A stretch of DNA of 63,590 nt, the filler included. It is 15 parts of 15 records of this genome, joined end to end, with 100 filler letters (N's around TTAATTAATTAA, not from the genome) between each part and the next. Parts side by side here need not be neighbours in the genome. Positions count along the whole stretch, not along the records: positions 56,957 to 60,125 come from SRR15195285_8438; positions 60,226 to 63,590 come from SRR15195285_8491; 13 more parts are not named here. One strand, given 5' to 3'. Position 1 is the stretch's first letter. Each line of letters begins with the position of its first letter. The translations under genes and the position numbers were made by a program. Shown one piece after another: positions 57,262 to 63,590 of the stretch. Below the pieces are notes generated by a model. The model saw only the letters and a list, made by a program, of their open reading frames with translations, was not told the origin of the DNA and did no database searches.

Positions 57262-59909
57262 ATGAGTGTGCTGCTCCTTTTGGTGGGCAGCCTGTGCAGT
57301 GCATCGCATGTGGGACATGTGACAGCTGCTGGTGGTGCAGCACCGAAGGACAGCAGCGGTGCTATGGGTATCGCCGTGGATGAGGTCACCGTGAATATCG
57401 ACTGGGAAGAGAGCCTGGCTCAGACGGCCACGGCGGCAACCATCGAAGTGGATGTGATGCCATTCCTAGGCCGCACCACTTACGGTGGACCATTCAACTC
57501 CTACTACGAGGCACTCTCAAACTTGGGCTCCGAATACGTGCGATGGGATTCCCACTTTTTGTCTCATGGTTCAGCGCCTTGCATGGTGTGCATTGACCAT
57601 AGACCACCCGCGATCACGTTTTTGCAGGTGCGCTACGCGCCGTGGTTCCCCAACCCACGAGTTGTGGTGACCGAGCTCACGCCGCCAGACTGTACTGAAA
57701 CGAAGCCTGCCACTAACTGGAACTCGACGCTTTTTGACGGTATCATGAGTGACTTTATGAGTGCAGTCTGGTAATTGGCGGCATCGCCTCTGCCACGAGC
57801 TCAACAGCGGGTAGTGCCTCAGCCGCTGCCGCCGCATCTCCCTCCGCCACGTCAGCGCAGCGGGAACCTGAGCGCTTTCGTTGGCGTGTGTAGTGGGCCG
57901 AACGCGGCATCGGGCGCATGCAAGCTGGGCGTCGTGCAGCAGCTCTCAACGTGGCCAGCCTGGATGGTACGCAGATAATGGACTCCACCAATCCCGTGAT
58001 TGCTCACTGTGCCAGACTGCCGGTGCTGTCTGCGAGCGGATCTGCTGGTTACCCCCACGCCACGTTCTGTCAGTTCAAGGACGGTTTCAACGGCACACTT
58101 CCCCCAGAATGGGATACGATGGATCCCTTTTCCGATTACGGCAAGGGCTCGGAGCTGGTAGACCAGACGTGCGGACAAATGGCGGTACGGAGGCCAATGT
58201 CTTATTGCATGACTGTCATTTTCACAATTGGAATTCCCTGTGAACTGTATGCATGCGCCAGCGGTATCTTGGGCGAATTGTCGGATGGTACACAAACGGA
58301 GGCTTCCATGGTGAGATTATTTCACCACACGTCGCACCCCAAGACCTAGCTTACTTGTGATGTTCCAGACAGCCTAAACAGCGATGATAATGATGTCCTC
58401 GCAGACGAGTGCGGGCACTGGCACGCTAGCGGCCTTAAGTACAACTGGTTTGGTCTTTCTGTGCTGAACGAAGACGAGCATGCCCTAGCGCCTGATCAAG
58501 GCCAAATGTATACCATCTGCTTCGACGCCATCAAGGCTGAGGTGGCCAAGAACAATCCTTCCATTATCGCAGTCGGCCCCGAGCTGTGCTGGGTTTGCAC
58601 CAAGGACCCTTTGGATTACATGAAGTACTTCCTGAATGCATCGAACCATGATGACGGCCTCGCACCACCGATCACTTCCTATCACCACGGCATGTTCTGG
58701 CCCTCGGGCAAGTGGCAGAAGAAGACCTACTCTGGAGAAAGCGCACTTTTCGAGCAGTGGGATGCCTTTTACGAGAGCAATGTGTTGCTACTCGAGACGT
58801 GGAAAAAGGAGCTTAGTTCAGAGACCGAGTTTGTTTTGAACGAGTACGGAATGGCGCCAGTCTTGCTGCTAACGCTATCTTGCACAAGAACACTCCGCCT
58901 CCAAATTTGTGATTCCCCAAATTGTACCACCACCCCACGTGCTAACTGTTGTTGTGGCGCAGGTTCATCCCGTTCGTCAGCGATTGGTGCGACCTATCGA
59001 CTATTCCTGCTGGCATGGATCAGACAAAGTGCCCAAACTGGCAGGATCCAAAGACCTCCGGTACCAAGATCAACACATTTTAGCGATGAATTCATCACAT
59101 CTCTTGGCAGCGTCTGACGTATACATGTTGCTACAATGGCAGGCGGTGACCCGAATCTACAACACGCAAAGGGTGTTGCAATCAATCGCAAGACATTGGG
59201 CTGGAATGCTGCAGCAGCCACCTTTGCGTACGGATATGGCACACTGGCTACACTTGGATACAAGTTTGTAGGGCAAGACCAGCTGATCGGGGGAACGTGG
59301 CCTGGTGTGTCAATTCCCCATTGTGTACACACTGCATTGACCATTCTAGCATGTAATTCATGGTGCACATTCACTTGTAGACAATGAGCCAGCGGTGAGT
59401 TGCATGGACTGGCAGACGGGCCAGCCCAACAGCAAATATTGGTAAGGTCAAAACGGTGCTCACCAATCATGGTGGTCCGCGCGGAACAGCCGTCTCTTGG
59501 CTCACCACGTGGTGTGTACATGTACTCTCGTTTCGCACGCAGGGTCACGTCGTTGCTGGCCAAGACGGTCGGTGGTAAGCAGACCAAGACGATCCTCAAC
59601 TCGACGGTCAATGGGGAACCACGCGGCAACTCTTCTATTGCTTACGCCATGCCGTACCAGCTTGACACGCCAGAAAACTCCCGCGGCATGGTGCTTGTCA
59701 ACAAGCGGGGCGTGCCGGTCACATTTACCATTGCCGGCGCGACGGGGGGACTGGCATCTTGTGTTGACGGCAGCGGTGCGGGCGAAGATGGTCCAGGCTT
59801 TGCTCCCCCGATAGTGAAGCCCATCTCAGCAGAGGGCGAGCTTACCCTTGGTGCATACGGCGTGGCGGTTGTGACACAGCTGCGCGGAAAAGAGCATGAG
59901 GAGTTGTAA
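57262..59909 (+). CDS. Secreted/ER clan GH-A glycoside hydrolase (GH39-like); about 9 exons
   Basis: Signal peptide; YVRYAPWFP, acid/base SVLNEDEH, IIAVGPEL, nucleophile region EFVLNEF, DWQTGQPNSKYW, VLVNK. All junctions GT-AG and in phase. Ends HEEL. Confidence 0.7.
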
Positions 59910-60838
59910 AGATGCGTGTCAGCATACGGAACAGCAAGAAACTACCTTCAGGTAGTTCATATGTGTCCCAGATGTGGAGCAGATGGTGTGCGATTTCCTG
60001 TGAGTGGTTTCGATGAACTCTAGCGCTCGTTGTGGTTTTCATCAGCCTTGAGTTTTAGAACACGCCCCGCGCCCCCTAGATTCGGTTTTTTGTTGCAGGA
60101 GGATCACGCCGAGCCTCACCAGGACNNNNNNNNNNNNNNNNNNNNNNNNNNNNNNNNNNNNNNNNNNNNTTAATTAATTAANNNNNNNNNNNNNNNNNNN
60201 NNNNNNNNNNNNNNNNNNNNNNNNNGGGGGGGGGTCGGTATTCCGAGTTCGGACTTCAACCCCTCTTTTCCCTAAGACTCGGCCCTAGGGCTTAGGATAA
60301 ATAATCAAATTCAGAATCATGAATCGAAATAAGAATGCCCCCCCCCACCCCCTCGCCCCAAATTTCCTTGACAACCAGCAGTTCTTCAAGGTGGACACAG
60401 AGCAGCCATTTGACGCATGCATCAGGGATGTCCACAAGGCCGTTCAGCGATCAGTGGAAACGCTCGATATGGATGACCGTAAGCGTCTTGAATGCTTCGA
60501 CGGCGACTTGAACATGAAAACCAAAACCGGCACTTACGCCAATATTTTTGACAGGAAGGAATGGCCTGACGCAAACGATATATCTGAAAGTGTGCTCTCG
60601 CCTCGGCCTGAACGAGATGCACCTACTTGCTCGTGTTGCGCTAGCCGTTTCTAGACGAGGTGTGCCGAATACTACAAAGAGACCAAGAGTAGGCCAAAGA
60701 AGAACTTATCACGTGTGCATACAATCGGTGAGTCGCTTTTCCACGCTAGGTAGTCATCAATGAAGACATTCAACACGCACACAATCATGCACTCACTGAG
60801 GTCGCTTCGTCAAGCATCCAATTACTACATGTAGCTAA

Positions 60839-63283
60839 CTAGGCCGTTTGAAGGTACGCAATCCGCTTCCGGTTGGCCATAAGCGCTGGGATAAAATCAT
60901 CCAAGGCTTCCGGGTCGTCCATCAGTTCAAAGAGCTCCGGCTGCAGCTCCGCGTCACTGGCATCACCACCGAGCATCTTCTGCAGCGTCTTGGCGAGCGC
61001 TTTGGCCGCGTCGTCGTCCGTTGAGCCGCCACTGTGGCTGCTGGCGCCACCGCGCCCGAGCACGGCAGCGCACTCCGACACGAGCCAAGGGTAGTCTAGC
61101 GCTGCTGCAGGAACCGCCGGCTCCTCCTTGATGGGGCCAGCCTCAGCTTTCTGCTCCTCGATGCGCAGCTTCCGCTCCGCCTCCGCAACCTGTTTGTCGG
61201 CTTCCGCAAGCGCAGCCCTCGCTGCATTTTTGGCTTTCTTTTTCAGCTTCTGTTTCGGCTGCTCTAGCGCATCCTTTGCTTTCTTCTGCTCAGCCTTGGC
61301 CGCGTCCAGAGCCTTCTGGGCACCCGCGACTGCTGGATTAATGTCATCATCTCCAGTCTTGTCCGGGTCCGATTTGTCCGCGCCTGCCTCAGATGGTTGT
61401 GGCGTCGTTTCCGGCTGCGCACCTGGGTCTGGCTCCGGTTCTGGCTCCGGCTCAAGGACGCCGATCTCTCGCGTCCAGTCCCTATTGCCTGCCTCCTTCA
61501 TCTGCATTGTCAGTGTCTTCTTCTGGACCTTGCGACGTTCCATCTTACCGCGCCACATCGCCTGGAACTTGGAAATGATCAAGTTGAACCGCAACGGCCC
61601 GAAGATTGCGTTTCCTTTCTTCATCGCCAACTGTCGCTTGCGCTCCATGCGCCCGCGTTGGATCGCCTGCATCTGCGCAGCCGCCGCCTCTTCCTCCTGA
61701 GTGCCCTCCAGCCCAAGTGTGTAGGCAGGGTCGTTTTCCTGCCGCCACTCATCCGAGTGGACTGTGTCGACCGCCTGGCAGATCGCCCGCAGGCACTCCC
61801 GCAGCAGCACCTCCTCCTGTTCTGCATCGTCTGCCTGTGCTGCGTCAGCCTCAGCCTTTGCCCGCTCCTCTGCGAGGACTCCCTCGAATTCGAGAGTCGC
61901 CGCTGTAGGATCAAACGCAGGGCGCGGCTCCGCCCCCGTCTTCTCCGCCGGAGCTGCTTCATCATACTCGGCTTTCTTCGCGGCGACCCATTCGGAAAGT
62001 TTCTTCGTTGTCGCCGCTTCCTCCTCCGTGGCATAGATTGCGGAGAAGTTCTTGCGGCGAGGCCCTTCATCATCCTCATCCACAGGCTCGTACGCACCCT
62101 CGTAGGCCCTCCACAGCGCTGCTGCTCTCGCACGCTTCGCGGGAAGATCGCTCTTGGTGCCTGTCGCAATCACGAAGCTGTAGCTGCCATCCGCACCGCC
62201 GCGTCGGTAGCCGCAGACGGGATCGTGGTATGCTATCGATGACTCAAGCTCCCCGTCGTCTATGTAGACCGGCTCGCGAGAATCCACGTCGAGCTGGTGG
62301 GCGTCTTCCCACAGCTGTGCTGCAGCCTGCCGCTTCGCACTGAGATCGGGCACCTGCGAACTGCTGAGATGGACGCCCGCGGCCGCCGCCTCCTGCACTT
62401 CGAAGCCGTGTCGCTGCTCGGCCAGCCGAGCTTCCTTGCGAGGATGCCAGCGATTCAGTGGCGCTTGCGGCACGCTCCCATCTATCACGCGAGCCACCTG
62501 TCCGTCTAACCGTGTGGCCTCGCCAGCCCACGTCCCAACGCCCAGCCGCTGCTGCGCTTCCTTTGCCGCCAGCCACTGCTGCAGCTCCGGATCGGACCAT
62601 GCGGAAGCCGCGCGTTCCTCTTCGGCGGCCTTCTCGTACTGTCGCATGACCCGATGCTTGACCCATGGGTCCGGACGCTGAGGGTAGGTGCCCGCAGGCG
62701 CCATGTACGCACCGCGAGCGTTGCGCTTCGGCCCGCGGGTGTCGCGCGGCCTCGACTTGGCCCGCGCCCGTCGCTCTTCTCTCTCCAGCACGCCTTCGCG
62801 CGATGCGGGCCTCGAGCCGAACCACCCACGCACCGAGCCGGAGCCCAGGCTCAGGCCAGCGCTGTCTGTAGAGCCCGCGGTGTTTGGGCGCGTTGGCATC
62901 CCGCTGCCGGCGGAGCCTGGTGTGTTTGGGCGCGCTTGCGCCTCCAGCGCCGGCAGGGAGGTGGAAGAGCGCCGCACGTTGCTGCCGCCGCTCCGCGAGC
63001 TTTGGCGCCGTGAGCCGCGCGACGCTCCACGAATAGACAGCCGCCCCGCCAGCCGCATGGAACCTGTGGCGTTCCCCGAGGCACCACGGCTGCGGCTGAG
63101 GTGCGTTGAGCTCCGCGCCGCCCGGTTGGGCCGCGCGGCGTCTCCACCACGCCACAGCGCCGAACTCGCACCTCTTGCCCTGTCGAAGCTGCCGTTGTGC
63201 AGCGACATGCGCTCCGCCGTGGCGAGCGCGACAAAGTTGAAGGTCGGGTGGTTGTCCACCTTGCCCATCGTTGCGAGCGACAT
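60839..63283 (-). CDS. IQ-motif, low-complexity/coiled-coil protein of unknown function
   Basis: AAAQMQAIQRGRMERK and ISKFQAMWRGKMERR IQ motifs, EPEPEP tract, coiled coil. Likely ATG is 63283; the ORF track starts further upstream at a non-ATG codon. Confidence 0.65.
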   Translation of the reverse strand: MSLATMGKVDNHPTFNFVALATAERMSLHNGSFDRARGASSALWRGGDAARPNRAARSSTHLSRSRGASGNATGSMRLAGRLSIRGASRGSRRQSSRSGGSNVRRSSTSLPALEAQARPNTPGSAGSGMPTRPNTAGSTDSAGLSLGSGSVRGWFGSRPASREGVLEREERRARAKSRPRDTRGPKRNARGAYMAPAGTYPQRPDPWVKHRVMRQYEKAAEEERAASAWSDPELQQWLAAKEAQQRLGVGTWAGEATRLDGQVARVIDGSVPQAPLNRWHPRKEARLAEQRHGFEVQEAAAAGVHLSSSQVPDLSAKRQAAAQLWEDAHQLDVDSREPVYIDDGELESSIAYHDPVCGYRRGGADGSYSFVIATGTKSDLPAKRARAAALWRAYEGAYEPVDEDDEGPRRKNFSAIYATEEEAATTKKLSEWVAAKKAEYDEAAPAEKTGAEPRPAFDPTAATLEFEGVLAEERAKAEADAAQADDAEQEEVLLRECLRAICQAVDTVHSDEWRQENDPAYTLGLEGTQEEEAAAAQMQAIQRGRMERKRQLAMKKGNAIFGPLRFNLIISKFQAMWRGKMERRKVQKKTLTMQMKEAGNRDWTREIGVLEPEPEPEPDPGAQPETTPQPSEAGADKSDPDKTGDDDINPAVAGAQKALDAAKAEQKKAKDALEQPKQKLKKKAKNAARAALAEADKQVAEAERKLRIEEQKAEAGPIKEEPAVPAAALDYPWLVSECAAVLGRGGASSHSGGSTDDDAAKALAKTLQKMLGGDASDAELQPELFELMDDPEALDDFIPALMANRKRIAYLQTA

Positions 63284-63313
63284 GGTGGGGCGCGGCCGCT
63301 GGGGACCAGAGCG

Positions 63314-63479
63314 CTGCAACGCAAGGCCACCGCCGCCGCCGCCAGCGCCGGCGCGGAAAGCAGCACCAACAGCGTGCTGTTCTCGTGTGCGCCTGCCTGC
63401 AGCCTGCAACGCAAGGCCGCGGAAAGCAGCACCAACAGTGTGCTGTGCTGTGCTGTGCTGTGGCCTGCAGCCTGCAACT
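63314..63479 (+). repeat. Imperfect tandem duplication upstream of the IQ gene
   Basis: CTGCAACGCAAGGCC..GCGGAAAGCAGCACCAACAG(C/T)GTGCTGT..GCCTGCAGCCTGCAAC occurs twice. Confidence 0.75.
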
Positions 63480-63590
63480 ACCGGCGGCGTGAGCTGCTTC
63501 GGGACACTCCTCGACGACTGATCACTGGTAGACCGGCCAGCACATGAAACAAAACGCAATCCAAGATCATAAGAATTGCTCACTCAGCAG

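Noticed and set aside
3325-60225. Regularly recurring TTAATTAATTAA between N runs, CRISPR-like at first sight
   Set aside because: Synthetic all-frame-stop linker used to concatenate contigs.
1-63590. Apparent clustering of ion channels, cyclase and receptor genes as a signalling island
   Set aside because: They lie mostly on different contigs joined arbitrarily, so linkage is not shown.

Overview
This is not contiguous genome. It is 15 short contigs (about 3-7 kb each) of a GC-rich microbial eukaryote, joined by artificial 100-nt N44-TTAATTAATTAA-N44 spacers, so neighbourhood across spacers carries no information. Genes are compact with short GT-AG introns. Recognisable products: DenD-like epimerase/dehydrogenase, SLC45/SUC-type MFS transporter, EamA/WAT1 transporter, ADP-ribosylglycohydrolase, FOXRED2, PH-PH-formin, AKR7, MGMT, soluble adenylyl cyclase-like protein, 7TM receptor, Kv channel, anoctamin, RanBP2 zinc-finger protein, Roco-TIR-SAM protein, APC5, Asp/Asn beta-hydroxylase, a GH63/MGH1-GH31 fusion, NAA20, two CNBD channels, EF-hand-SUMF2, a GH39-like hydrolase and an IQ-motif protein. 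The most striking signal, which the ORF track misses, is two genes on different contigs with an in-frame TGA exactly where Cys is expected: the ADP-ribosylglycohydrolase (PMVA-U-YLPSSFP) and MGMT, at its catalytic Cys (P-U-QRV for PCHRV). Each has a 3'UTR SECIS-like hairpin of a shared non-canonical design (CAATGACGGC core, 15-nt arm, then AC instead of AA), and one carries a very long apical extension. Other leads: a glycosidase fusion joined by an LKADDE linker (possible polyprotein), two CNBD channels lacking a GYG filter, and a Roco protein whose TIR domain is split by an inserted domain. Taxonomy cannot be fixed from the sequence; a heterotrophic marine protist SAG/MAG (e.g. Picozoa-like) is only a guess.
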